This document shows positions 19,605 through 28,891 of a stretch of DNA of 64,000 bases, one piece after another; the stretch's first letter is position 1, and each line of letters opens with the position of its first letter. Position numbers and translations under genes: made by a program. Source of the stretch: an uncultured delta proteobacterium. Its GTDB lineage: Bacteria > Myxococcota_A > Polyangia > Polyangiales > Polyangiaceae. The notes beneath the pieces are model-generated. The model saw only the letters and a list, made by a program, of their open reading frames with translations. It did no database searches and was not told the origin of the DNA. The stretch lies in assembly GCA_963850305.1 (NCBI GenBank), contig CAWKKR010000008.1, positions 608,001-672,000 on the forward strand, in the 5' to 3' direction.

Positions 19605-20285
19605 TTACGGCAGGGTCTTCGTCGCGTCGCTGCCCTGCCCGTTCAGGCGAAACCCGCTACTCTTGGACGATGGCGTGGGAGGTGCGCTCGCCGACGACAG
19701 GTGAGTCACCTGGCATCGCTCGCCGTGACCGCCGGCGGCGCGGCCGTACGGGAGCTTGGCGTCGACCGGGCGGATGTAGACCTGCCCGTTACCGATCGGA
19801 TGCGGAATGATCGCGCCGCTCGCCACGGGCCTGCCCGGCGCCGCTCGCTCCACGACCACCACGATGTCGTTGCCCCTCTGCTCGTAGCCCCAGTACGACG
19901 CCCCGAGCGCGTCCGCTCCCGCGGCAGAGCAACTCACCCCAGCCGAGGTCAGCGCGACGGCAAACTCCGTATCAGGATTCGTGTGGGGGACCTGGCCCGC
20001 CCATTTGAACGTCGGATCGTCCGGCTGCCCCACTGCAACAGCGAGGCACTCACAGGTCGCGTTCGCGGGACCCGCGTAAGTCAGATCCTGTCGCGCGCCG
20101 AGCAACGCCGTCTCGGCGGGCGGCGCCTCGTACGTCCTGGTATCGGCCGCGGCGCTCGTATCGAGCGGCTTGTCGAAGTCCGCCACCTCGGCCTGCGATT
20201 TCGCGGGCGAATTGGCTTCGTGCTCGCCGGATTCGGCACAGGCGACCGCAAGCAACACGAGACCGGGGACCAGGAAAAGCCTCAC
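19605..20285 (-). CDS. Hypothetical lipoprotein
   Basis: GTG 20285 start gives VRLFLVPGLVLLAVAC lipobox; CECLAV, GASYWGY. Confidence 0.7.
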   Translation of the reverse strand: MRLFLVPGLVLLAVACAESGEHEANSPAKSQAEVADFDKPLDTSAAADTRTYEAPPAETALLGARQDLTYAGPANATCECLAVAVGQPDDPTFKWAGQVPHTNPDTEFAVALTSAGVSCSAAGADALGASYWGYEQRGNDIVVVVERAAPGRPVASGAIIPHPIGNGQVYIRPVDAKLPYGRAAGGHGERCQVTHLSSASAPPTPSSKSSGFRLNGQGSDATKTLP

Positions 20286-20381
20286 GAACGAAAGCGTGGC
20301 ACCGGCCCTGCCCGGCGGGCAAACTTTCGAGCGCGGGGGGTCTGGAAGGGCGCGGGGAAAGCCAAGCCGGACGGGACAACG

Positions 20382-20486
20382 TTGCAACCAGTAGCGGCGA
20401 TGGCACTCATCGCCGCCCTGGCTGCGGCCTGCGTCCAGGTCGGCTCGCGCTTGTCTCAGCCAGGCCTTCAGTTGCTCGTCGGCCAT
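20382..20486 (-). pseudogene. N-terminal fragment of a HEPN-domain protein
   Basis: MADEQLKAWLRQARADLDAG...ECHRRYWLQ fits the HEPN start pattern WLxQAxxDL, then similarity stops. Confidence 0.55.
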
Positions 20487-20490
20487 CCGA

Positions 20491-20772
20491 TCAGGCGGCG
20501 TGCGACAGCTCGCGTGCGAGCTCGACGAGGGGCTTCGCGTCGCCGCGATCGAGCATCACCCGCCCGTCGAGCACGGCGCGCGCCAGATCCGGTTTGCGGC
20601 GCAGCGCGGCCTCGAGGCTTTGTCGATTGCCGGCTATGAGCGCGAGAGGGAATCTGAACCCGACGCCGGGGCTGAAGAACGTCGGCTCGTCAACCTTCTC
20701 GTCATCGCTCATCGTGGGGATCACCTCGACGAGCCAGACCTCCGCGGCCCCCGTGTTTATCCAGATTGCGCG
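20491..20772 (-). pseudogene. 5'-truncated small gene, probable partner of the HEPN gene
   Basis: Coding-like RAIWINTGAAEVWLVEVIPT...PLVELARELSHAA; stops 4 nt before the HEPN ATG; no upstream start. Confidence 0.5.
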
Positions 20773-20774
20773 GC

Positions 20775-20867
20775 CCGCTCGCGGAGGCGCTCCGCGCCGT
20801 TGCGAAGGCCCTTGCGGACCTGCCTGTCCCGGGCGTGCTGATCGGCGGCATGGCCGTCATCGCCCGG
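20775..20867 (+). pseudogene. N-terminal fragment of a nucleotidyltransferase (AbiEii-like) gene
   Basis: Manual translation PLAEALRAVAKALADLPVPGVLIGGMAVIAR, similar to the start of the 22446..23015 protein. Confidence 0.6.
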
Positions 20868-20893
20868 CACGAACGTTGCTGCGAACCCCTTGC

Positions 20894-21649
20894 ATGAAAG
20901 GCACGAACGTCGTGTTGCGGTTCGCAGTCGCCGTTGTGGTGCTCTCCGCACCCGCGCGTGCCGCATCTGCGAGCGCGGACTTTCCCGACGAGCCAATGCC
21001 GGCCGCATCGAGCGCAGCGCCGGCTCCGCCGACGCTGCCTGAAGTTCCCGTGCAGCTCCCTCCTCGAGCGCGGCCGCCCTCGTCGCCGGCTACAGCCGCC
21101 CCAGCGCTGACGACGGTTGAGCCAGCGGTCCCGCGCGCGCAGATCGACGGTCGGCTCGCCTTGGCCGTGGCCGTGGACAACAGCATCTACGCCTTGACGC
21201 AAGTCGACGCCACCTACCGTATCCTTCCGTTTCTTCTCGTCGGCGGGTACGTCGAGCACCCGTTCGTGTTGACGGTCAATGACGATGAATTTTGTGGGAA
21301 TGGCGGAGTCTGTCCGGTGAACTACTTCGCGTTCGGCCCTCGCGTGGAACTGCAACCGTTCCCCGAATCGATCGTCGGACCTTGGCTCGGCGCCTCACTC
21401 GGCCTAGCACTGCTCGACGGACTAGCAGCGAAGGTGGCCGCGGCGCTCGAAACGACCTTCGATGTCGGGGTGGAGATTCGCCCCGTCAAAGCATTGGCGA
21501 TCGGCCCTTACCTGGCGACGAAGGTATTTCTCACCGATCCCTACAAGATCGAGCCCGAGAACCCTTCCCCAGAATACAACGGGGTGGTTTCACTGGGGGT
21601 GGTTTCACTGGGGGTCCGCGCGGCGGTCCGCGCGGCGGGGCGGTTATAA
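20894..21649 (+). CDS. Secreted/outer-membrane beta-barrel-like hypothetical protein
   Basis: Signal peptide APARA, Pro-rich linker, alternating beta strands; more A/T-ending codons than its neighbours. Confidence 0.7.
   Translation: MKGTNVVLRFAVAVVVLSAPARAASASADFPDEPMPAASSAAPAPPTLPEVPVQLPPRARPPSSPATAAPALTTVEPAVPRAQIDGRLALAVAVDNSIYALTQVDATYRILPFLLVGGYVEHPFVLTVNDDEFCGNGGVCPVNYFAFGPRVELQPFPESIVGPWLGASLGLALLDGLAAKVAAALETTFDVGVEIRPVKALAIGPYLATKVFLTDPYKIEPENPSPEYNGVVSLGVVSLGVRAAVRAAGRL
21581..21637 (+). repeat. Two adjacent tandem duplications (15 bp x2, 12 bp x2)
   Basis: GGGGTGGTTTCACTG at 21581 and 21596; GTCCGCGCGGCG at 21614 and 21626. Confidence 0.9.
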
Positions 21650-22201
21650 CGGGCCGCGACTTGGGCTGCTTGCGGTTTCCCTCGCCGAGCACTTGCGCTC
21701 CATCAGCCAGCTCGAGGCAAGCCGGCTCCTAAACCTGAGCATGGGCACTAGCCTGGTGTCACGGACCGGGTATCGGTTGCACGAACCCGGCATCCACGCC
21801 GGTCCCCGGAGGAGACCGAAGCCGCTGCGGTCTGCGCCGGTGGAAGGCACGCTGCCCGGGCCGCCGACGCCCGTCGTGCAGCCGGGCGGATCTAGGCTTG
21901 CCCAGGTTACCGCCCCGCCGCAACGCTGACCCGTTTCCGACCGTCCGATCGTCTCGACTCCGTACACCGCTGTCGGGTTCCCGCACACTCGGATTTTATT
22001 CCCGCGTTCGAGATCCTTCGACCAGGGCAACGTCCGACGCGCCAGCCGGATCGCGTGCGACGCGCTCGTCGCTTCGCGGTGGCCCCGTCTTTGCTATGTC
22101 CCTCGCGTCCATATCGAGAGCAATTTCGCTCCCGGAGGCACTCACCGGGGACGCGGCGCCCCCCTCACGGCGTCGCGTGCGGATCTGCTACGCTCCAGAG
22201 C

Positions 22202-22456
22202 ATGTTGACGCGCCTGCCGGGCTGGGTGGTCGACGACGTGACGTCGGTGCGCGCCGAGGTCGCGGAGTGGGCGCGGCTGACCGCGGCGGAGCGCTGGCAG
22301 CTTGCCCGGCTGTGCGCGCGCGATGCACTCTGGGCGGCGCGAGCGAGCGGTCATCCGGAGCGCGTCCTGGAGCAGACCGATCCGCTCCCGGCGAGCACGG
22401 TCGCCGCCCTGTCGCGTCTGAGAAGGGACGCAGGCTGGGGCAACGGTGGTCGCTGA
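22202..22456 (+). CDS. Small protein, putative antitoxin/partner of the nucleotidyltransferase
   Basis: 84-aa ORF (MLTRLPGWVVDD...LTAAERW) overlapping the next gene. Confidence 0.7.
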   Translation: MLTRLPGWVVDDVTSVRAEVAEWARLTAAERWQLARLCARDALWAARASGHPERVLEQTDPLPASTVAALSRLRRDAGWGNGGR

Positions 22457-23015
22457 GCGGAGCGCCGTAGAGGCGGCGCAGCGCATCGCGGACGCGCTCG
22501 AGCAGGCCGGGATCTCTCACGCCATCGGTGGGGCGCTGGCCCTGGCGGTCGCCGGGGTACCGCGGGGTACCGCGGACGTCGACGTGAACGTGTTCGTTTC
22601 GGGCGATCGCGTCCTGGGTGCGATCGAGATATTCCGCGCGCTCGGGGTCGGCATCGATTCTGCGGCTGCAGTCACGCGGGCAGAACGGGAAGGGATGTTC
22701 GTCGGGCGCTGGGATGGGATGCGCATCGACGTGTTCCTTCCCAGCATACCGTTCGCGCGAGAAGCCGAGCTCACCCGCATTCGCGTGACGGACGGGACGG
22801 GGTGGTCCGGATGGTTTCTCTCCGCGGAAGCGTTGACGATCTTCAAGCTGCTCTTCTTCCGGAGCAAAGACATCGTCGACCTCGAACGGCTCATCGCGGT
22901 GCGTCCCGAGCTCGATCGCGCCTACGTCCGCCGCTGGATCGTCGAGATGATGGGCGAGGACGACGAGCGCACGGCCAAGTGGGACGAGCTCGTGGCGCTT
23001 TTCGCGCCGGCCTGA
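22446..23015 (+). CDS. Pol-beta-superfamily nucleotidyltransferase (AbiEii/MenT-like)
   Basis: IGGALAL...PRGTADVDV and FKLL..RSKDIVDL motifs. Confidence 0.8.
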   Translation: MVAERSAVEAAQRIADALEQAGISHAIGGALALAVAGVPRGTADVDVNVFVSGDRVLGAIEIFRALGVGIDSAAAVTRAEREGMFVGRWDGMRIDVFLPSIPFAREAELTRIRVTDGTGWSGWFLSAEALTIFKLLFFRSKDIVDLERLIAVRPELDRAYVRRWIVEMMGEDDERTAKWDELVALFAPA

Positions 23016-23052
23016 GCGGGCATACCGGCGAGCCACGAGTGGACGGCTTCCC

Positions 23053-23880
23053 ATGCTGCTCATCGTCTCGACTCTTCTCGCGCTCGCTGTCGGGGCTGGC
23101 TTCGTGGGCGCGCTGTCGGGGCTCGGCGGCGGGGTGTTCATCGTGCCGGCTCTGGTCATCGTCGCGCACTTGCCGATGCACGTCGCGGTCGGCGCGAGTC
23201 TCATCTCGGTGGTCGCCACGAGCGCCGGCGCGAGCGTCGCGTTCGTCAAGGACGGCTGGACACACCTGAAGATCGCGATGGTCCTCGAGTGCGCGACCGT
23301 GACCGGCGCCGTCCTCGGCGCTTACGCGACAGGGCTCGTACCCGCCGTCGTGCTCGAGCTGCTCTTCTCGGCAATGATGCTCGTGTCTGCGTACTTCAGC
23401 CTGAAGAAGCACGACGAGAGCGGCGTGCCCGTCGGGGATCCGATCGCGCGACGCCTCGGCCTCGTGGGCGACGTGCCGGGCGAAGACGGCAAGCCCCTTC
23501 ACTTCGAAGCGGTGCGCTTGCCCGGCGGCGCCGCGCTGATGGTCGTCGCAGGCCTGCTCTCCGGGATGCTCGGCATCGGTGCGGGCGCCGTCAAAGTAGT
23601 CGCGATGGACCACGTCATGCGCTTGCCGCTGAAGGTCTCGAGCGCGACGAGCAACTTCATGATCGGAGTCACCGCGGGAGCCGGCGCGCTCGTGTTCCTC
23701 GCACGCGGCGACATCTCGACGACCATCGCCGCGCCGGTTGCCGTCGGTGTCACCGCCGGTGCGCTCGTGGGAGGCCGTCTCCTGCCCCACGCGAACCTCA
23801 AGAGATTGCGGCTCGGCTTCGTCGTCGTACTGTTCCTCGTCGCCGTCGAAATGGGCTGGCGCGCCCTGAGCGGGATCTGA
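23053..23880 (+). CDS. TauE/SafE (DUF81) membrane exporter
   Basis: GLGGGVFIVP, SGMLGIGAG, VSSATSNFMIGVT; multiple TM helices. Confidence 0.92.
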   Translation: MLLIVSTLLALAVGAGFVGALSGLGGGVFIVPALVIVAHLPMHVAVGASLISVVATSAGASVAFVKDGWTHLKIAMVLECATVTGAVLGAYATGLVPAVVLELLFSAMMLVSAYFSLKKHDESGVPVGDPIARRLGLVGDVPGEDGKPLHFEAVRLPGGAALMVVAGLLSGMLGIGAGAVKVVAMDHVMRLPLKVSSATSNFMIGVTAGAGALVFLARGDISTTIAAPVAVGVTAGALVGGRLLPHANLKRLRLGFVVVLFLVAVEMGWRALSGI

Positions 23881-24297
23881 ATGACCCTACCGCCCTCCGA
23901 AGCATCCAGCGACGCCTCCGCCGTGGAAGAACGCATCCTCCGCACCTGGACGCCCGTGCTCCTGCGCGGCATTCTCGCGACGTCGATCACCCTCATCGTG
24001 ACCGGCCTCGTCTCGATGGCGGTCCGCGTTCCTGGTGACTACGTCGAGCACTACGAGCGCGTCAAAGCCGGACATCTCCATCAGCGGGAGCACGTCCTCG
24101 ATCTTTTGGCCGGCGCCGCGCACGGCGACCCTTACGCCCTCCTGGCAACGGGCCTCTTCGTGCTCACGCTCGTCCCCCTCGCCCGGGTCGTGTTCTGCTT
24201 CCTGCTATTCGTGAAGATGCGGGACCTCACCTACGTCCTCTTCACGGCGTACGTGCTCCTGGGGCTCGCAGTGGGGATCGTGCTCGGACAGGTGTGA
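23881..24297 (+). CDS. DUF1634-like membrane protein
   Basis: LLRG...GLFVLTLVPLARV; usual partner downstream of this TauE subfamily. Confidence 0.8.
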   Translation: MTLPPSEASSDASAVEERILRTWTPVLLRGILATSITLIVTGLVSMAVRVPGDYVEHYERVKAGHLHQREHVLDLLAGAAHGDPYALLATGLFVLTLVPLARVVFCFLLFVKMRDLTYVLFTAYVLLGLAVGIVLGQV

Positions 24298-24444
24298 GCG
24301 GAGATCGCGCCACCTCCGCGGCATTTCACGGAGTGACTCGGCGAGCGAAGACGGTGCAGAAGGAAGGCCCTGACGAGCGCCGCGAAACCCGCGCGCGTTT
24401 CGATCGGGACGCCGCTCTGCGCGGCCGCTATCGTGTCGGGTCCC

Positions 24445-25766
24445 ATGCCACCGGAAGGCTTCGATTGCGTCATCGTGGGCGCGCGCTGCGCGGGAGCGCC
24501 TCTCGCGACGCACCTTGCTCGTGCGGGGATGCGAGTGTGTATGCTCGACGCGGACAAGATCCCGAGCGACCAGCCCTTTTCCACTCACGCCATTTCGTCT
24601 CTCGGCATGGATCTCCTGGACGAGCTCGGCGTCGGAGAGAAGATCCGTCGCGTCGCGCCCATCGTGCAGAGAGGGCGCATCGCCGTCGGCTCTGCCGTCG
24701 TGGACATGCCGCTGCCCGAGAGCCGGGCCATGTACTGTCCACGGCGTTCGGTCCTGGACCCGCTCCTCAGCGAGGCCGCGACCTCCGCCGGCGCGGTGCT
24801 CCACGACGAGACTGCCGTGCTCGACGTGATCCGGGAAGGCGAGCGCGTCGTCGGCGTTCGCGCCAGGCACGGCTCGGGGACGCGCGAGATCCGCGCGCGC
24901 GTCGTCGTGGGCGCCGACGGACGAAACTCCACCATCGCGAAGCGCGTCGGCGCGGGGGAGTATCACGCCGCCGACGGCGAGCGCGGCGGGTACTGGACCT
25001 ATTTCCGATCACGAAGAAATTCAGCGATCTGCCGTTTCAGACCAGCATCGAGATCAACGGCACGAGCGCCCGCTTCGCGTTCCGGACGGACTCGGACCTC
25101 GTCATCGCGGGCGCGCTGGATCGCCCGAGCGTGGCAAGGGGATGGGCGAAGGACCCCTGGCCGCACGTCATGGCGTCGCTCGCGAGCTCGAGCACCTTGC
25201 GTCACCTGGTCGAGAACAACGCGCCCGCGTCTCGATGGATCGGGATCTTGAAGGGGCACTGGTATTTCCGGGAGCCTGTCGGTCCGGGCTGGGCTCTCGT
25301 CGGTGATGCCGGCCTCCACAAAGATCCGACGCCTGGCTACGGCATCACCGACGCGCTCCGCGACGCGAAGGCGCTCGGCCGCGCCATCCTCGACGGACGC
25401 GAAGCCGCGATGGAAGTGTACTGGCGGCGGCGCGACGTCGAGTCCCTCCCCTTTTACGAGAACGCGCTCCTCATGGGGGCCCTCGACTACGACAATCCCC
25501 TGAACGAGCTCATCCTGTCGAAGGCGAGCGAGAGCCCCGCGATGGTCGACCGGCTCCGGCTCACGTTCGAGCGCAAACTATCGCCGTTCGACGCAATCCC
25601 TGCGTGGCGAGTGCTCGCCTGGGCGGGCGGCGCGCTCGTGCGCGGAAAGACCGAGATCCTCCCGCACCTCGCGACCGCCATGCGGCGAAACGCGCGCGTT
25701 CAAAAGGAGCTCGCGATCCGACGCACCCTGCTCGAGCGCGCCGAGGCGACGCTCGCGGCGTCGTGA
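24445..25766 (+). CDS. FAD-dependent oxidoreductase/monooxygenase; frameshift ~25005
   Basis: VIVGARCAG, VVGADGRNS, then in the next frame LVGDAGLHKDPTPGYGITDALRDA. Confidence 0.85.
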
Positions 25767-25871
25767 CCACAGTGCGCGTGGTCCCGGCGGGCACACGACG
25801 CGCCATGCCGAGCCTCCGGTTCCTCGCGGCGGGCTCGAGACTCGCGCCGCCGAACGAGGAGCGAAGTGTCT

Positions 25872-26276
25872 TCACACGCTGCGAACGAACTCCGAGCCCA
25901 CGTGGTAGCGCGCCATGTCTTCGGCGTCGCTCGTCCAGACGAGGCTCCGCGTCGACCGTGTGGTGAGCGCCACGTGAGCGTCCACTATGTCGGGCTTCTG
26001 CAGCGCGGGCAGGCGGAGGCTCGCAATGAACTCGCCAATCTCTCGTGCAGAGCGCTCGTCCACCTGGACTACCGAACATGGCTGCTTGAGCAACCGCGCC
26101 AGCGAAGCGTTTCGAGGCCCGCCGCGCCACGACTGTGCGAGCGCCCCGGCCGGGATTCGGATCGGCAACCCGAGGTCGTGGGCCCTTTCGAGATCAGCGA
26201 GCAGCCTGATCGGGCGAGCCTCGAGAGCCTGCAGTGCACCGGCGTCGAGCACGAGCCCCGGCGACGAGTCAGCCAC
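25872..26276 (-). CDS. vapC: PIN-domain toxin (VapC-like)
   Basis: LVLDAGAL, LAQSWRGG, DIVDAHVA, TSDAED. Confidence 0.85.
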   Translation of the reverse strand: MADSSPGLVLDAGALQALEARPIRLLADLERAHDLGLPIRIPAGALAQSWRGGPRNASLARLLKQPCSVVQVDERSAREIGEFIASLRLPALQKPDIVDAHVALTTRSTRSLVWTSDAEDMARYHVGSEFVRSV

Positions 26277-26280
26277 TCGA

Positions 26281-26568
26281 TCAACCGACTTTGCGCGCGG
26301 CCTTTTCACGCCGTTTCCCTTTGCGAACCAGGCCCGCGCGTTCGAACGCCTTCTCCGACTCGTCGCGGGCCGCGCGGATCTCGGCTTCCGTGGCGCCACT
26401 CTCGCGCACCCAGTCCGCGATCATTTCATCGAACGTCTCGGTTGCATTCGCGTCGTCGATCAGGCGCGCGATGTAGTTGCTGACGCTCGGGATCCTCCGG
26501 TCCCTGACGGCCGCCCGAGCCTTTCTAAGGGTGACATCCGGCAGGCTGATCGCGATCTTCCTGGTCAT
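26281..26568 (-). CDS. vapB: Ribbon-helix-helix antitoxin (VapB-like)
   Basis: MTRKIAISLPD...SVSNYIARLI; directly upstream of the PIN gene. Confidence 0.8.
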   Translation of the reverse strand: MTRKIAISLPDVTLRKARAAVRDRRIPSVSNYIARLIDDANATETFDEMIADWVRESGATEAEIRAARDESEKAFERAGLVRKGKRREKAARKVG

Positions 26569-26761
26569 ACTGCGAGCATACCACCACTCGAGTCCGCGCG
26601 CTCTCGATCACCGTCGACTGACGCGAGCCTCGGGAGACCAGTGATCGTCGGGGCCGTCGGTCGAGCCGGCGCGGACGCCCTGTGTCGCGTTCGGATGACA
26701 GTCGGGCACCTTGCCAGCGGGCGGGCGAGACGGAAAGGGCCCCGCTCCCACTCTCCGCCGG

Positions 26762-26843
26762 CTCCCTCCCTCGGCGCGCGCAGCCGTTGCGGCGAGCACG
26801 ACGATTGGGAGGGGCGCGGCGCGCGAAGCGCGCCGGGGGTGGG
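26762..26843. repeat. REP-like palindromic element
   Basis: Perfect hairpin CGGCGCGC-GAA-GCGCGCCG (26817-35) and CTCCCTCCC/GGGAGGGG arms. Confidence 0.45.
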
Positions 26844-26870
26844 CACCAGATGGGCACCAGGTGGGCACCA
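26840..26870. repeat. Three TGGGCACCA direct repeats at 11-bp period
   Basis: Copies at 26840, 26851 and 26862. Confidence 0.85.
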
Positions 26871-26928
26871 AGGAACACCGGTGTCGTCGCGGTGGCGGCT
26901 CGTCGCGCTTGCTTGTAGCGTCGCGGGC

Positions 26929-28242
26929 GTGGACGTGGAGCGATTGCGGGCGGACCTCCGGAGTGCGGGCGCGGGGCGCGGCGCGGGGCGCGTGTCGGGC
27001 GTCACTGGCCTCGCACTCACGGCGTCCGTGCCGGGCGGGCGCGTCGGAGACGTCATCGTCGTGCGACGGCGCGGCGAACCGCTACTCGCGGAGGTCGTCG
27101 GATTTCGCGATGGGCTCGTCGTCGCGATGCCGCTCGGCGATACGGCGGGCATCGGGCCCGACGACGCGGTCGAGACGACGGGCGCGCCGCTCGAGGTGCG
27201 CGTCGGACAGCAGTTGCTCGGGCGCGTCGTCGATGGCCTCGGACAGCCGATCGACGGCAAAGGGCCGCTCGGCGGAGAGCCGGTGCCGGTGGAGCGAGCG
27301 GCGCCGCGCGCACTCGCTCGCGAGCGCGTGACGAAGACCATCGCGACGGGCATTCGCGCGATCGACGGCCTCGTGACCCTCGGCGAGGGACAGCGCATCG
27401 GGCTCTTCTCGGGGTCGGGCGTCGGCAAGAGCACGCTGCTCGGCGCGCTCTCGCGAGGCACGGACGCGGACGTGGTCGTCGTCGCGCTCGTCGGGGAGCG
27501 CGGGCGCGAGGTGCGCGAGTTCATCGAGGGGTCGCTCGCCGGCGCACGCGAACGCACCGTCGCGGTCGTCGCGACGAGCGACGCGCCGGCAATCGAACGG
27601 GTGCGTGCCGCGCAAGTGGCCACGACAGTGGCCGAGTCTTTCCGCGACGACGGGCGACGAGTGCTGCTCCTCGTCGATTCGGTGACGCGCGTCGCTCGAG
27701 CGCAGCGAGAGATCGGACTCGCGGTGGGCGAACCTCCGGCGCGCCGCGGCTATCCGCCGAGCGTGTTCGCGATGCTCCCGCGGCTCCTCGAACGCGCGGG
27801 TCAGGGAGCGCGCGGCAGCATCACCGCGATCTACACCGTGCTGGTGGAAGGCGACGACCTGGACGAGCCCATCGCGGACGAAGTACGCGGGATCCTCGAC
27901 GGCCACGTCGTCTTGTCGCGCAGCCTCGCGGCGAAGCACCATCATCCCGCCGTCGACGTGGGCGCGTCGATTTCGCGGGTCATGAGGACCGTCGTCTCGA
28001 GGGAACACGCGGAGGCCGCGGCCGCCGTCCGGCGCCTCGTCGCGACGTGCGAGGAGAAACGCGACCTCGTCGCGCTCGGAGCTCACAAGGAGGGCGCCGA
28101 CGCGTCGGTCGATGCAGCGCTCCGCGCCGAACCCGAGATCCAGCGATTCCTTCGCCAGCGGCCCGAGGAAATGTCGGCCTTCGGTGAAACCGTCGCCGAG
28201 CTCGAGCGCATCGCGGCGAGATACGCGCCGCGACGCTCGTGA
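26929..28242 (+). CDS. FliI/YscN (SctN) type III export ATPase
   Basis: SGSGVGKS, GERGREVREF, LLLVDSVTR, GEPPARRGYPPSV, LLERAG, VLVEGDDLDEPIADEVRGILDGH. Confidence 0.93.
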   Translation: MDVERLRADLRSAGAGRGAGRVSGVTGLALTASVPGGRVGDVIVVRRRGEPLLAEVVGFRDGLVVAMPLGDTAGIGPDDAVETTGAPLEVRVGQQLLGRVVDGLGQPIDGKGPLGGEPVPVERAAPRALARERVTKTIATGIRAIDGLVTLGEGQRIGLFSGSGVGKSTLLGALSRGTDADVVVVALVGERGREVREFIEGSLAGARERTVAVVATSDAPAIERVRAAQVATTVAESFRDDGRRVLLLVDSVTRVARAQREIGLAVGEPPARRGYPPSVFAMLPRLLERAGQGARGSITAIYTVLVEGDDLDEPIADEVRGILDGHVVLSRSLAAKHHHPAVDVGASISRVMRTVVSREHAEAAAAVRRLVATCEEKRDLVALGAHKEGADASVDAALRAEPEIQRFLRQRPEEMSAFGETVAELERIAARYAPRRS

Positions 28243-28299
28243 CGGTAACGGTTGCGTCGAGAGGCGCGCTCACCTACTCCGTCGAATCAAGGAGACACC

Positions 28300-28878
28300 A
28301 TGCGAACAATCCTGAAATTGGCCGCTGGCACCGGGCTCGCCGCGGCACTCTCGGCAACGACGCTGGCCACTTCCGCGAGCGCGGGCACGTTCGGGGACAA
28401 GGGGACGCTCTCGTTCGGAGTCGATCGGCTGATGGGCATCTACTTCTACGACGAAGACCCGGTGAACGAGACGCTCATCGGGATCGGCGCGAGCGCCCCC
28501 GCGCAGGTGTATACGCAGGCACGGTTCGCGATCGATGGGTTCATCATCGATCACCTCAGCATCGGGGGCTCGTTCGCTTTCTGGAGCTTCGACGAGAAAC
28601 ACGCCGGAAATTACTCCGGGGTCCTCCTTGCGCCACGCGTCGGGTACACGATTCCGTTCAACGACTCGATCGGTTTCTGGCCGCGCGGAGGCTTCACGTA
28701 CAGGAACTTCAACGGGAACGACGAGTTTGCGCTGACGCTCGAAGGGGTGTTTTACGCGTCTCCCATGGACCACTTCGCGATCACGTTCGGCCCCGTCCTG
28801 GATCTCGGCCTCGCCGGCAGCGGCAGCGAGTCGCGGAATTTCGGACTGCTGACGGCTGGGCTCATGGGCTGGATCTGA
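28300..28878 (+). CDS. Small outer-membrane beta-barrel protein
   Basis: AAGGAG RBS, signal peptide, LAPRVGY/FWPRGGFTY strands, C-terminal GWI. Confidence 0.8.
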   Translation: MRTILKLAAGTGLAAALSATTLATSASAGTFGDKGTLSFGVDRLMGIYFYDEDPVNETLIGIGASAPAQVYTQARFAIDGFIIDHLSIGGSFAFWSFDEKHAGNYSGVLLAPRVGYTIPFNDSIGFWPRGGFTYRNFNGNDEFALTLEGVFYASPMDHFAITFGPVLDLGLAGSGSESRNFGLLTAGLMGWI

Positions 28879-28891
28879 GGAGCTTTCTTCG

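Noticed and set aside
19605..20486. Single 293-aa HEPN-lipoprotein fusion
   Set aside because: An internal signal peptide starts at GTG 20285 and the joining segment is non-coding-like; better read as a fragment plus a separate gene
21740..22180. Possible small genes between the barrel gene and the NTase module
   Set aside because: No frame examined gave a recognisable protein or convincing start
20300..26900. Intact prophage, ICE or integron
   Set aside because: No integrase, transposase, phage or conjugation genes and no tRNA attachment site
25987..26928. 314-aa N-terminal extension of the FliI/SctN ATPase
   Set aside because: Overlaps vapBC on the opposite strand and repeat DNA; similarity begins at GTG 26929
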